Source: Podarcis vaucheri (Eukaryota). Taken from it: a DNA stretch of 64,000 nucleotides. Shown here piece by piece: positions 11,101 to 24,100 of this stretch (positions are counted from its first letter, which is position 1; every line of letters starts with the position of its first letter). The notes beneath the pieces are model-generated. The model was not told the DNA's origin and made no database searches. It saw only the letters and a list, made by a program, of their open reading frames with translations. The translations under genes and the position numbers were made by a program. The stretch is taken from NCBI GenBank assembly GCA_965113315.1, contig OZ220369.1; one strand, written 5' to 3'.

Positions 11101-14100
11101 AATGAGGCTGGGCTGGGCATGGTCAGGTGCTTGTGCTGGAGCGTATCTTCATGACTCCAGTCCTAGGCCTTTCATTCCCCCTTGTTATGCCAGAAAATGC
11201 AGGCAGGCACTGTAGTTTCTTCCATAGGAAGAAATTAAAGACTTTTGACACTGGTGTTACCAGCTTGGTGGTGCTTAAGGGTAGTGCTTGAGATGTTTGA
11301 TTGAGAGGCTAGTTTATTTCTGGATGATAATGGTGACATGTTTGAACCTTGGGCAGGTTTGTGTCTACCCACCTCCACCTCTTTGTTCACAGTTTCTTAA
11401 GAATAGGTTTAAAAACACTTGAGAGTGGGTCATCTAAACAACAGTCACGTGAGAATCAAATATTAAGCTGGTGTTAATAAGTGCTTCTTTTTATGATGGG
11501 GTGGGGTGGGGGGGAGTGATGTAGAGAGTAGTATAATGAAAGGGTGTTTTGGTGAGGGAGTTGCGTAGAGTGCAGAAACCACACTCTAGTCTTGGATTAG
11601 GAAAACTAGGATGGTTTGAGAATACATATTGGATCTTTCAGATACCAAGGTGATAGCTAGATCTCAGATGAGGGAGTAGCCAGCTTGTCAATACTGTTCA
11701 GCACAAGTGAGCAATCTGGGGGACTCTACTTTCTTCAGCACAGCTAATCCACCCAGTCTGGAGAGGAAGAGAAGATGGGGCTATGGATGAAGGAGATAGA
11801 GGGTGCTTGGTGTGGGGGTTTGTGTGTGCATGCATGCATGCATGAGAGAATAGATGGAGTGAAGAGGGAGAAAGAAAGTGGATGTTCCATCCACTTTCTG
11901 CTTGGGTGCCACTTCTGCAACTGGTTTGTAGTGCCTCACCGCTTTCTGGCCAAGAGAGTGTAGCCTGCTGTACAGGAACCATTTTGATTGTTCACTTACT
12001 TGGCTTCTTGCTTAAAGAAAGAAACTGCACCTTCTGCTTGCTGTTTTGTACAGGAGTAAAGAAGAGCAGATGAGACTTCTGCAAGGAACAGGGATTCCAG
12101 AAGCTGTGGACAAGGACTTGGCCAATATCCAGACAGAGTATTCCACCACCATCCTGCCTTTCCTGAAGGCCCACCCAGATATATTTGACCCTGAGGTGCA
12201 CACTCTGGAGCTCTACAAGAAGCTGGTGGCCTTCGTCATGGCATACAGGTGAGAGAGAGAAAAGGTGGAAGCCATGAGTGGTCCCTCTCTAAACTGCCAA
12301 GGGGCGAGCAGGGTGTGTACTGTTGCTTTCCACCGGGACACTGTGGTTTGGAGTTTAAAGAGATGGCACCTGAGAGGCATTCAGGTTGAGAAACTAAATA
12401 TATGTAGGAAGTGAGTTGATAGAGGAGTCCCAGATGGGGTTCAGTTTTTGGTGAACTGAGAAGGCAGAAAAGCAAAAGTTGCCTATCAACAAAGAAGAGA
12501 AGTGTCACTGCTGTGCCTCTCTTGCTTTCCACATCTCTGGCCTTGGACAGTTGGAACTTTCCTTGCATAAACCACAGCAGGGATGGGGAACCACAGGCCC
12601 AGAGGCCAAATGTGCCTACCTGGCCCTCTGCTGGCCCTTGGCACTCTTCCCCAGGCTGGAATGTGTCTTTGAACTCTGATAATGCTTCTTGTTTGCTTGG
12701 ATGAAGGACGGGGTTTGAGGGAGTATGTGTAGAAACGAGCCTCCGGTGGGAAGTTAAGCTTTCTATCCTTCGCTCTGCCGCCTTTTGCCTCTGGCCCCTC
12801 CTAGGTTGCACCTGTAGAGAATGCGGCCCTCAGACTGGAAATGGTTCCACATCCCTGCTCTACAGACTGTCTTTATAGTTGAGCATGTAAACTAGTATGT
12901 TGAGGCAGGAATATACAAATGAACAAATAATGTATGTTAGAGGAGCAGACTTAGGTTTTACTGAAGAAAGATGCTCCACTTTTTAACTGTAATGTCCTGC
13001 AGCTCCCAGAGCTTGAATTTAAGGAGGCTCATCTAGGGTGCCCCAGCAGCCTAGAACAACCTTTCTCGACCTCAGGTCCCCAGATGTTGTTGGACCATAA
13101 CTCCTATCATCCCTGAGTGCTGGTCCTTCTCACTAGGTATGTTGGTTTTTTTTAGTCCAACCACATTTGGGGACCCAAGGTTGAAAAGGGCTGTTCTATG
13201 CTGCTTGGGCACCCTAGATGAGGCTCTTTATAGTAAAGCTCAGATTGAGTTCAGGGGCAGGTCTTGGATTGTGTGTTGCAGTTTCTAAACTAGTAGCCAT
13301 TTTCAGAGCCATGTGCATCTCTTTCCGTCTCACCAACCTCAACATAATTTGGCTGTACTTAAAGCTGCCTCGGTTTAGTATCTCCCTGCTTTGTTCCCCA
13401 CCAGTTTCCAGGAGCCTTTGGATGAAGAAGAGGAAGATGAGGAGGAGCCCAATCCCCCAGTGATGGTGCCCATGGCAGATCTCTTGAATCACGTGGCTGA
13501 CCACAATGCCAACTTGGAATATTCGCCGGTGAGCAGAGCATACAGAGCTTAAATTTAGTTGAGCCCCTGTGTGTGTACGCCAACCTCCCCCAGTCTTTCA
13601 CATCTATTCCCTGAGGTGTGAATTTTCAAAGGGCCAAGTGTTTTTTTCCTGGAGATGTCTGAGCCACAGTCCCCATTATGTGTGTTATGACTTGTTCAGA
13701 CCAGAGGACTCTTTGTCCTCGATACAGCTCTGCAGTGGCCAAAGGAACAATTCCTTCTTGCAGCAGTTTCTGATTCCATAAGGAAAAGCAGGATATGCCA
13801 TCTGTAGCTGCTTGACCTGCTGGGATTTTTGCCTGGAGAAAGAGAGTCTTGTGTCAACTCTGTCCATCTTCCTTTTGCCTTGAGGAATGTGCAGAGTTTA
13901 CTCCCAGTACTGGAAGGCTCAGATGGTTCATTTATTGCTCAGGGGAGACTCACTGTGATGCAGAGTGAGAATTCCTGCCATAAGAAAATGACAAAGGTGT
14001 CATTCCATTCTGCAGTAGGAATTATTTGTTGTGATTGTCTTTGGAAGACTGGTGAAGAAGGTTTGGATCTATGTGTGCCCTCTCTGTGTCCTTCGGCATA

Positions 14101-17100
14101 ATGGGGATGCTTAGCTCATAGCTTCAGCTGATTGTAGCTTAGCTGCTTCTCCTGTTTGGTTAATCAGTGAAATATGTCATTGTGGAGAGCCAAGGATGAA
14201 AGGAAAGGAGAAAGAATAGTTGTGTAGAGTAGAAGACAGAATATCTGCCCCCTTTGGAACTTTGTTCTCTTCTCCTCCCTCTGGGGAGAAGAACCTAGAG
14301 CATGTCTTACATTGTACCTTGTGGAATTTAAATTGAAGCTGTTTGGGGAGCTGAAATGCAGGAAATTAAACCAAGTACATTTTCTCTAGTTCCCAAGTAC
14401 CAGTAGGAATCCTTGGGCGGCAGCAACATGACTGACACAAGGTCATGCGATTGCTTTTCATAGGCTTGAGAAAATCCCTTCCTAGATTGCTAAGTGAGAG
14501 GTACTGCTTGAGTAAGAAGCTGTTGTTTCTTGTTCCCCTCATCACAGTCCCTGAAATCAAACCTACAAAAAATCTTAATGAAAAAATTTACAGGACTGTT
14601 GTTGGGTAAAAAGGCACACCCTTGATTCAGATCTCAGGCGCACCCTTGATTTTTGGTGCTTGGATTCTGTTTTCATCACTTTGGAAGTAGCTGTATTTGG
14701 GCATGCATAGGTCTCACCTATCAGGCCCATCACCTGCAGTGGTTCCTTAGGGTATTGCTTCTCCTTTGGGGAGCATATAGGGGGTAGGTAAAGGCCTAGT
14801 TCAGCCAAAAGGGACTTTGCAGGCACTACTGATCAGCTGGTTGACAGGGCCTACAAAGCCTATTTCAAAGTGCTGCATGAAATAGAGCTTTGAGAAGGAC
14901 TTCTGAAGACCCCTGTGATGCCATGGGGTTGCCAGGCCCAAAAGGGGTTGGAGAGAGAACAGTTTGGCCCATTGAGCTAAAAAGCTCCCCCATCCCTCAT
15001 GCATCCTTTCCACAGAGTGTCCTTTCTCGGCAGCAGATGGGTGGGAGGCTCTGCTTTCTTACATCCCTCTCCAGAATTTTCTCTTGTCTTCGAAGAGCAT
15101 TCACAGCAAATTTGGTGTATTTCAGCGGAATGCTTGGGAGTGTAAGGCAATGCTTCCTAAGAATGAAAAACAGGGAAGACGTCTGCTACTCTACCTTCTG
15201 TCTTCCTCCTACAACTGCATCCCTTTTGCTATTCCTCATCTGTTGCACACATTATAGGAATGGAGAAAACTGCAGGAGATGAGTGGGGCAGAGGAAAACT
15301 TTTTCTTGGGAGATTCTCAGGGCTGGACAGGATCTGTCAAGTTTTACTTCCCTCTTTTGTCTGCAGGAGGTATTGAAAATGGTTGCAACTCAGTCCATCT
15401 GCAAAGGCCAAGAGATCTTCAACACTTACGGGGAGATGGCAAACTGGCAGCTCCTCCACATGTATGGCTTTGCTGAACCGTATCCTGGCAACACAAACGA
15501 TGCTGCTGACATCCAGATGCTGACACTATGCAAAGCAGCACTGCAAGGCAAGAGGCTGACCAGGAGACACTTTTTTAAAAAAGAAACATAAATCAGCAGA
15601 GTAAGAGGATATCTGAAAATCCATCTGTCTGTCACCTTGTGTTGCTTTTTCCAGCTGTGTTTTTAAGTAGGCGGAGGCTGCATTTAAATACAGGTGTTTG
15701 TATGTGACTTCTGCAGCTGCTGGTGGCATCCAGAGCAGAACAGCTTGATTACTTTGCGTCCCAATTTTGCATAACGCCTCCTGGGTCATAATGCCAATTT
15801 AAAACAAAATAATCTGAAGGCATGGAACTTTCCTCCATGATGCTCTGGATGGCATTCAAGGTTTTTAGTCTCCCCCTCTCCCCCCCCCCCCCACAACTCT
15901 GTGGGACAAGTTAGGCTGAGTATGCAATCCAAAGTCTTGTTGGGACTGAGTGAGGACTTGAAGCTGGGCCTCTCTGGCCCCTGCCAGGCACTGTTAGCTG
16001 CGGCACTACACTGGATTAGACGAAATGATGCGCTTCTGCTTTTGACTGCAGGCAATGCTCCCTCTGCTGCCTGTTGAACCTGCACCTGCTTTTGTCTCCC
16101 TCTCCCTCCACCAGCTACAAAGACAGAAGCTCAACGGCAGCTGGTCTTGGAGCAGTGGGACTTCCTCTGCCAGATGGAGATGGTGGGTGAGGAAGGGGCT
16201 TTTGTGATCGGCTGGGAGAGAGTCTTAACTGAAGAAGAGCTGGCCATGGCGTTGAAGGTGAGGGCTCTGACTGGTTGCTGCGCCATTAGACTCCTGGGAG
16301 GCCATTTTACTCCCGTACATGTTTGCTGTGATTACTTAAGCAGTTGACAAGAGTTTTACTTTACAGGGGTGACATGTTGGACTTAATCTGAAGATTCTTT
16401 CAGTTTAGCTGGAGGGAGGACAACTCCTCTCTGTTGGTCAGTGGAGGTGTGACTTGTGAAGGCTTCTTCCCGTGGCAGGCAGGGAGGCTTGAGGTTGCTT
16501 GGGGGCTTGCTTATGCCACTTTGGCACCTGGGCATTGCAGCCCCAGAATAGGAAAAGAGTGCTTCAGTCTTAGCTGATTGGGTAAGGAGCAAATTCCTCG
16601 GTCAGTCTGTAGATTGCGGGGGGGGGGGAGCGGGGAGCTGTGCTTTGTTTTTTGCTGGGGGCAGCACAATGCACTAGTCATTTTGAAGTCTTTCCAGGGC
16701 TTGTCTCCACTGGAGGCATTGGCCATTACAGATGTCGCTCTGGGGGCTGTCTGTGTGCTTTGATGTTTTTGTGCAAGCCCTCCCTATCCCTGGGTTCTGA
16801 GACGCCTCCTAAGGAAGGGCACAGCTAGCAATGGAGAAGCTATTAGTTGGGCAAGTGCGCTTCTCTTTCCTCCAGGGACTGGCTCACTTGCTGGACCAGG
16901 GTGAAGATGTGCACATGTACTCTTGGCCTGCTACTGCTGCCTATTTTAATGGACAGGATTTAGAAAATGTAGGAAGCAGCCTTCATTCCACCTCTCACAA
17001 GTTCTGCTACATGGCGTGCCAATTCTTCCACTGAGACACTTTAAGTTGTTGCTTTCTGCTGAAGTCCCAGGCAGCTTCCACCATGTTCTCTCTTTATGCA

Positions 17101-18380
17101 ACCACCCCTTCCCCATGTAAATAGTGGTATATTCTGTAGTGGAATGAATGGGGAAGGTCTGAACTTTTTATGCTGTGTGGCAATGACGTATCTTCTGTGG
17201 TGGTGTCATTGTTCCCAGGAAAGGGAGAAATGTGGCTAGAGAGATTCTGCTTCCATCCCTTGGGACTTCTTTCTCTGTGGCTTTTGGGGGCCAACAGCCT
17301 CACTGACCTTGAGCTCTAAATAGTCTGCCAAATTTCCTGCAGGTGCTTGTCAAAGGACAGTTTTAGTACTAATATATACAGTGGTGCCTTGGTTCTCAAA
17401 CTCAATCCATTCCAGGAGTCAGTTCCACTCCCGAAACCGTTCGAAAACAAAGGCACGGCTTCCGATTGGATGCAGGAGCTTCCTGCACTCAAGCGGAAGC
17501 AGAGTCAGATGTTTGGCTTCCGAAAAATGTTTGCAAACCGGAACACTTACTTCTGGGTTTGCGGCGTTCGGGAGCCAAGCCGTTGCAAGTACCAAGGTAC
17601 CATGGTAGTTTCTTTTGCTTTGAACATAATCACTAACCAAGTTACATACATGGATTAAATGCTGTGTTCCTTTATACACATTTATATTTCTTGCTGCCTG
17701 TTCCAGTTGTCTCAATGGAAACTTAATTTCAAAACATTTTGAATGACTTGTGTCTGCTGTTCCTCCAAATTCTGCCTATGGAAACTAGCAAGTGTCCCGT
17801 CCGTTCCCCCAATTATGTAAAACGTCGTATTTTAATGTTTTGCAAGATGCTCTCACAAATTTACTTCATTGTATTATGAATCTCTTCCAGAATGTAACTT
17901 AACTTGGGAGAGGGGAAGGTCCATAGATTTAAATCCTGAGAAGCAACAGCAGGATCCCTTTTGGAGAATGTTTACCAACATCTGTGGGGCTGTTGATGCA
18001 TTGAAGTTACTTAAGAGACCAAGAAGGTAGCTCTCAATAATCCCAGTTCTTTGTGGCCGTAGGTGCTGACTATGTCTGCAGATGAGTTCAAGGAGTTTAA
18101 GGAGCAAGAGACCCAGGAACCCAAAGCAGGCGAGGATGGTGCTATGTTCCTGATGCTCTCAAATACTACTATACCAAGGCTTGAAACCTCCTGGAAGAAG
18201 CTGCTCTTTGATGCTACACTGCTAACCCTGAAGTCATACAGCTCAGACTTAAAAGCAGAGGAAGAAATGCTCAGAGACCCTCAAGCTTATTCAAAACTAA
18301 GCTCCCGGGAGAAGTTTGCCCTGCAAGTGCGTTATGGCCAGAAGATGATTTTGCACCAGTTGCTGGAGCTAACAAGCTAG
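8169..18380 (+). CDS. SETD6: SETD6 N-lysine methyltransferase, complete, 9 coding exons, 455 aa
   Basis: Exons 8169-8195, 8294-8386, 9828-9972, 10611-10752, 12054-12248, 13405-13528, 15367-15547 (GC donor), 16115-16257, 18063-18380; total 1368 nt in frame; SET motifs [10 protein letters not shown] and EIFNTYG; ends LHQLLELTS*. Confidence 0.95.
8294..8386 (+). CDS. SETD6: SETD6 exon 2
   Basis: [31 protein letters not shown]. Confidence 0.9.
9001..9762 (+). mobile_element. possible solo LTR in SETD6 intron 2
   Basis: Starts TGTTAC, ends GTAACT, AATAAA about 100 nt before the end; no clear TSD. Confidence 0.3.
9828..9972 (+). CDS. SETD6: SETD6 exon 3
   Basis: [31 protein letters not shown].. 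Confidence 0.93.
10119..10372. mobile_element. hAT-type palindromic MITE (interrupted)
   Basis: ccctccagatgctattggactacaactccc / ggaattatagtccaacagctggagggcacc, same family as 5308-5452. Confidence 0.65.
10611..10752 (+). CDS. SETD6: SETD6 exon 4
   Basis: [27 protein letters not shown]. Confidence 0.93.
10830..11036 (-). mobile_element. CR1 LINE 3' end
   Basis: (CATAGAAT)n, reverse of the (ATTCTATG)n CR1 tail, plus gagttggaagagaccacaagggccatcgagtccaacccc. Confidence 0.88.
12054..12248 (+). CDS. SETD6: SETD6 exon 5
   Basis: [23 protein letters not shown]. Confidence 0.93.
13057..13193. mobile_element. palindromic hAT-type MITE
   Basis: caacctttctcgacct..ccccagatgttgttggac / gtccaaccacatttggggac..aaggttgaaaagggctg. 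Confidence 0.7.
13405..13528 (+). CDS. SETD6: SETD6 exon 6
   Basis: [41 protein letters not shown]. Confidence 0.93.
15367..15547 (+). CDS. SETD6: SETD6 exon 7
   Basis: [39 protein letters not shown]; GC donor. Confidence 0.9.
16115..16257 (+). CDS. SETD6: SETD6 exon 8
   Basis: [35 protein letters not shown]. Confidence 0.93.
17379..17605. mobile_element. Tc1/mariner (Tigger-like) MITE
   Basis: TA flanks; TIR CAGTGGTGCCTTGGT / ACCAAGGTACCATGG. Confidence 0.8.
18063..18380 (+). CDS. SETD6: SETD6 exon 9 (last coding)
   Basis: [33 protein letters not shown]. Confidence 0.93.
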   Translation: MLTMSADEFKEFKEQETQEPKAGEDGAMFLMLSNTTIPRLETSWKKLLFDATLLTLKSYSSDLKAEEEMLRDPQAYSKLSSREKFALQVRYGQKMILHQLLELTS

Positions 18381-18777
18381 CTGCAGCTGAGGAAGGCAAG
18401 TGCTGTTGGCCTGGGAGGCTTAGCTAAAGGTTTCTATAAAGGCAGAGGTATTTATTTTTATATAAAAATGTGTTTCTGTGAGTATCAAATACACCCACAG
18501 GTAGCAAAAGACAGTATCTGTTTCTGAATCTGAAGGACATAGCAGTGGGAAATATAGGAGGGCAAACATCTTCCTAGTGTTGTTTTTGAGAAATTGGAAC
18601 CTGCAGGCCACAAGCCTTCATTGTGGCTTGCTTCTTACTCCAGGAGATGCTGTCTCTGCACAAGACATTCCATTTAGGACTTTTAAGTCCATTTAAGTTA
18701 TAGTGCAGCTACTGTGGCCTTCATTAATTTTATCTAATTTCTCTTTAGCCGTATGAGCCAGTAGTGCCTGCCAATTC

Positions 18778-18783
18778 AATAAA
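18778..18783 (+). terminator. candidate proximal SETD6 PAS
   Basis: AATAAA about 400 nt after stop, followed by tgtgtttg..ttttttt..tgttttg. Confidence 0.5.
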
Positions 18784-19466
18784 TGTGTTTGAAGCTCCTT
18801 TTTTTGGAATGTTTTGCATCTAAAGTGGCCTCCAACAATTATCCTTAAGGTTGGGAAACCTAGGAAGTCACTCAATCCTTGTTCTGTATGTTTAAGGCTA
18901 CCAATTTACACAGCACGGAATTGACACAACTGGGGGATCTGTTTCTGTAGATGCGTTTGGACAACTCCAATCATCCCTGACCATTATGGGCCAGGCCATG
19001 CCAGCTGAGACTAATGGAAGTTGGAGTCAAAGGACACCTGGAAAGCCAGTTTCCCCACCTCTTAGGACCCCCTGTACATTAAATCAGCTGGGAAGATGGC
19101 CAAGTTTACAACACCTGTGAGACCCAGTAAATATGGCATTAGTCATCTGGGATGTCCCCCTCTCCCGAAGGACTGTGATCAGATCTAGCACTCTAGGTGC
19201 AGATGTCTGCGCTGCTGAACAAAGATTAACATATTTCACTTGCTTAATGTCTAGATGCTCTTCCTCATCCCTGGGAGTTTTTATGCTTCTTTGAAGTTGA
19301 AAAAATGTTCCTAAAAACATTTTCATTGTTAAGTCTATTATTATTATATTTTACATTTTGAATGCCTTTGTAGAATCTTTTACTTTTTCCAACCTTCTTC
19401 CCATCCCACCTCTGGCCAGATGAGCTGCATAGATGTATAGTTTGACTAGGCTTGGAGTTTTTAAAC

Positions 19467-19479
19467 AATAAAATTTATT
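19467..19479. terminator. back-to-back AATAAA / TTTATT PAS
   Basis: AATAAA on + (19467-19472) and on - (19474-19479) between convergent genes. Confidence 0.5.
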
Positions 19480-20053
19480 TGTATTGATAAGTGAGAAACC
19501 TGTGTTATTGCCACTTTAATGGACACTTTGAGGAGTTAAGGATGAATGGGGTCAAAGGGTGTACTGGACAGTTCTATTTACAGAGTATTCTCTCCCCCGT
19601 AAATCCTCGATGGTGACTACAGCATCAGGACTATTCATTTTGGAACCCTAATTCATGCCATCTGAAGGTAGAAGGGCCACCTCCTAGTGTACATCCTTCT
19701 CTGCCCCTTTGGTTGCTCACTTGGAGGTACCATCTCTAGGCCTGAACATGTGCACTAAGTGAAAGCGCCTAGGTTGTTGTTTTTTTAACTCCCCTTCTTG
19801 GAAGCCCACTTAACTGCCCAGGGAATCAGCAAGAATAGGATTCTTGCTTACATTTTACTGATGCCTCAATTTTATCCTCTTATGATAGCAGTTAAACATT
19901 GTTAATTAAAGTAGCAATATATTAGATTGATGTACTGCACCTTGATCGTATAAAAAGGAATTAGATTTATGTTGAAAATATAAGCAGTGAAGAACATTAA
20001 CAACATTCGTCATAGATGATGAGAAAACATGGACATGTGCTGCTTTTCATGAC

Positions 20054-20059
20054 TTTAAT
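20054..20059 (-). terminator. candidate CNOT1 PAS (ATTAAA)
   Basis: ATTAAA on minus about 970 nt after stop, at end of a U-rich block. Confidence 0.5.
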
Positions 20060-21028
20060 GTTTAACTACAGAATGCATACATACAAGAAGTGGGAGAACT
20101 AAAGCCCAAGAGAACTAGAAAGGCTACAAAATACAACACATGGACCAATACATTTACAAAACATTCAAAATCCTTACAAAATGGGCTGTATTGGTCCTTT
20201 TTGTTCTTTTTACAAACTCAAACTTTGTGGCCACAGGGGAGCAGTTAACAGATTCACATCCTCCCCATCCCAAAATTTACAAGTGTCAAGAAAGAAAATC
20301 TACAGGCCTGGTCTCTTGTTTCCTTTGCTAAACCCACTAGCCCTCTCCCAAAGGGCCCAAAGTATATCTTTGCCAATCAAAACAAAGGAAGTCCTCCGCT
20401 CCAACGTTCGTGCCTCTTGCTGGCAGCATTTGATACTGGGAAAAGCAATATACTGGACCCTAATCCTAACTTTCCCCCACCCAGTCCCCCATATACTGTA
20501 GGATCCTGTGCTCCAATGCATCCATTTCCCCCCTCTTTGACATCTTTGTGATTTACAGGTCTCCCACCCACAAGAAAAATAAGTTACATAATATTTAAAC
20601 TGGCTTTTCCATATTCTTTGGGAGTCTGGGAATGTCAGGAGAGCAGATCTGCCCCAGACAAAACACTTGGCATCAGCAGCCACCACTTCTATTACAGGCT
20701 GGTCAGGCACACAGTATGTGCCTCTCTTGAAACACAATTCGCACAAACCCAAAGTTCAGACAAATATTTCTGTTCTGTATATTTACAATAGTTTGAAATT
20801 ATATTCACAGCATCTTCTGAATTTTGGCCAAGAGTCGAAACTTTTGTTTTTAAAACTTTGGAACATGCCCACAGAGGAGATTTCTCACACAAAGATCTGT
20901 GATGTAAGCCCAACATGGGGGAGGGAGAGGCAGCCTCCAAGGTCTGGCTAGACCCACACACATTATTCTGTCAGCTTGATGGGATGGAGATCTCCAGGCT
21001 GGCACAATTTCCAGGGTGGTTGCTTTCT

Positions 21029-21107
21029 CTAACTAGCTCCAGTTCCTTCCATTACTTGTTGTGCCTGTTTTTGCCCCATACAACATTGCGCAACAGACTG
21101 GAACAAC
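21029..21107 (-). CDS. CNOT1: CNOT1 exon 49
   Basis: [25 protein letters not shown]. Confidence 0.93.
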
Positions 21108-24100
21108 CTACAATAAGGAGAATAAACTTAATTTCAAGACACAACTTCCTCTCCTCTGCAAGTACCAGAGTTCCTAGGACTGAGTCCCCCAAATACACTG
21201 AACAACTAACTGTTTAAAATTACTCACTTTTCAATTTCTGGAGCACAATGGACAAACTCGTGATTCCAGAACTTAAATGCTGGGTTTTTAATCAGCTCGA
21301 TGAAGGTAATAAGGAGACCCCATGGGTGAGGCCTATTTACAATCAGTCGTTCTAGCAGAACTCTGTAAAAGAAAAACAGATTAAGGCATGGGGAAAGTCA
21401 CACCTCGTGCCAGTATGAAAGACATGATGCAGGAATATCAAGGTCCCGGCTGAGAATAGGTACCCTCATGGGATTGCGTCTGGCAACATTAATTAGCACT
21501 ATGCTGCTTTCAGAATGTGGAAGACTTTGCTTCTCAATATAATGTGAGAGTGGGAAACTTGATTCTAGGCTTCACCACTGCAGACTCTGGCTGCAGATTT
21601 GCGGGGATGAATGCTCCTCCATCCAGATAAGGATCCTTGCATGGAATTCTTGCAACCACCTCAACAGCTGCCTTTCAAACCATGTGAACCCTCTAATCAA
21701 CACTGGAAGTCCTACTCTATATGTGGATAAGGAGGGGCAAAGCTTAGAGTGTTTGTTACATTGCCAGCAGTGACTTGCTACTGCTGCAACGGGGACAAGC
21801 CACTTTCTTACTCGTTGCTGGGCAGGACAGCTTCAGATGGCAGTAGACCAACTAAGTGTTACCTCCTGAAGCTTCTCCCCAGTTCCTCATTGGCTCTTTT
21901 GTGAGAACTAGGCAATGTAGGGATTGTTTTAGAGTCCTTAGATCTCTTACCTGGTGATTTGTTCTTGAATAGCTTCAGTGTTGGCCTCTGCAAATAGGTA
22001 AAGCATGGTGCAGCTGAAATAGTGAGTATGACTGTTTGGGTACCGTAACTGATTGGCAATTGCATTTAGGAAGAGGTACCGACCTGGAACACAAAAAAGG
22101 TAAATAGTTATAAGATTCTCTTAAACACAAAGGAAACCAACATCCTTGGCCTGGCTAATTTGTTAGTTCCAAGAGTTATGTCCGAAAGCCGGGAAGGTTA
22201 ATTAAATGGGTGCTGCCACCAGTTGACATGAATTTCCCAGGCTCACTTCTCAAAGTTTCCTAGTTTGTAATTCATTTTCATAAACCTGTTGGCTTACACA
22301 AGGGGCGGGGGCAACATTTTGCAGCCTGGAGGCCACATGCCAGGATGGGATCAGAAGCAAAAGCAACTGATTTGACATTAAGCTGCATTCCAGCAATGTA
22401 AAAGTAACCGGTTTCTACAGATAAATACAACTAACTCTGTTCTCCATAGAGCCAAGCGAGAGGCAGCATCACAGTTCAAGGACACATTCCAAGCTGGCAA
22501 ACTCAACCAAGGAGAGTGTGGGTCATGATGAGGTCTGGAGGACCACATTTGGCCCTTGGGCTAGAAGTTCCCCACCTCTTAGGTGGAACTAAATAAACCC
22601 TTTCTATATATTAGTTGTGGAATATTTTAAACATAATTTCTAAAATCTAACAATATTTTAGGGTACAATCTGGCCAAATTAAAGCAAAGTATTATCCATG
22701 TGGGCTAAATAGTGAGATGCAGGATTGATTCTGTCATAGAACGCCAATACCTGAAATTATCAGCTAGCCTCTGAAGTCCAGTATCAATTGTAAGGCTAGC
22801 ACATTATCAATTATAAAGTATTTATGTCTGACCTCACCAGGTTGATTTCCCAGGCTCTTTTCCCCCCCATAGCCAAAGACCTAGAGATAAACCTCTTGCA
22901 TCTGATTTAACATTAGGCTAGCTGATTTGAAGTACTATCAAGCTTCCTTTTTTACCTTCTGTGTCCAGGTCAACAGCAAGATTCTGGAAGATATCCATGT
23001 GAGCTGAGTGGGTGATGGTGCTCATGGAAGGAGTGCTGCCTTTGTTGTGAATATGTGCAATAGCTTGAGTACCTACATACAGCACCAGGGCATTTATCAG
23101 CTGGATATTGTAGCGATTGCCAGGCTCATTTGATACCTAGTGGGGTGAACATAAAAGAGGCAAAATCACTGCCTTGGACCTCCGAGACAAAGAGCCATGA
23201 AGAAAATATATTACAGTGGTGCCTCGCAAGACGAATGCCTCGCTAGACGAAAGGGTTTCGCGTTTTTTTGAGTCGCTTCGCAAGACGAATTTCCCTATGG
23301 GCTTGCTTCGCAAGACAAAACGTCTTGCGAGTTCTTGCGAGTTTGTTTCCTTTTTCTTAAAGCCGCTAAGCCATTAATAGCCACTAATAGCCGTGCTTCG
23401 CAAGACGAAAAAACCGCAAGACAAAGAGACTCGCCGAACGGATTAATTTAGTCTTGTGAGGCACCACTGTATGTGATTACGAATGTTTAAACTGCAGAGT
23501 TATCTCACTAAAAGGTCTGCCAAAGCCATTAGCTTTAACAGCAGGCAGGCTTCTCTTATCTCCTCTATCTCTGCTGCTGCACAATCCATCCCCAACTAGG
23601 TACTAGTTTTTAAAAGATACATGCATTACAATATAGTAAAAAATTGCTAAACACAGACCCACAGCTCCATCAGGATGCATTATCTGGGCCAGGTAAAACT
23701 GATCTTTTCCTAATTTATGTCTCTTTAAGCGGGGTTGATGTATGACACATTCTGCAGTGGGATCAGGGCTGAACTGAGATCTTTCCTCTCTGATGACTAA
23801 ACTATGCATCTGGCAAGCACCAGATCTATGATTTTTACTGTGGGTCCACCACTGTAAGCCTCAATCTGATAGTTATTTTTAAGGGACTCCATGTAAAACC
23901 CTGCAAATTCAAGAAGATCTGTTTTAAGCCTATTGGATCTCATTTTTACCCAAATATCCCCCCACAAAAAAGTAAAGAAAATCTTTGTTTGGGGAGGAGT
24001 AAAGGAATGACACACTCAAAATTCCAGAACTGCCCACAGCCCCAAATAAGGTTGATGAGCCCTGCTTTAGACAGAGGACCTAAAAGCCCGTTTTGGAGCA

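Noticed and set aside
21405-21490. C/D-like motifs (ATGATG, CTGA) with TGCCAG/CTGGCA stem
   Set aside because: On the strand opposite to the host gene, and boxes are not adjacent to the stem
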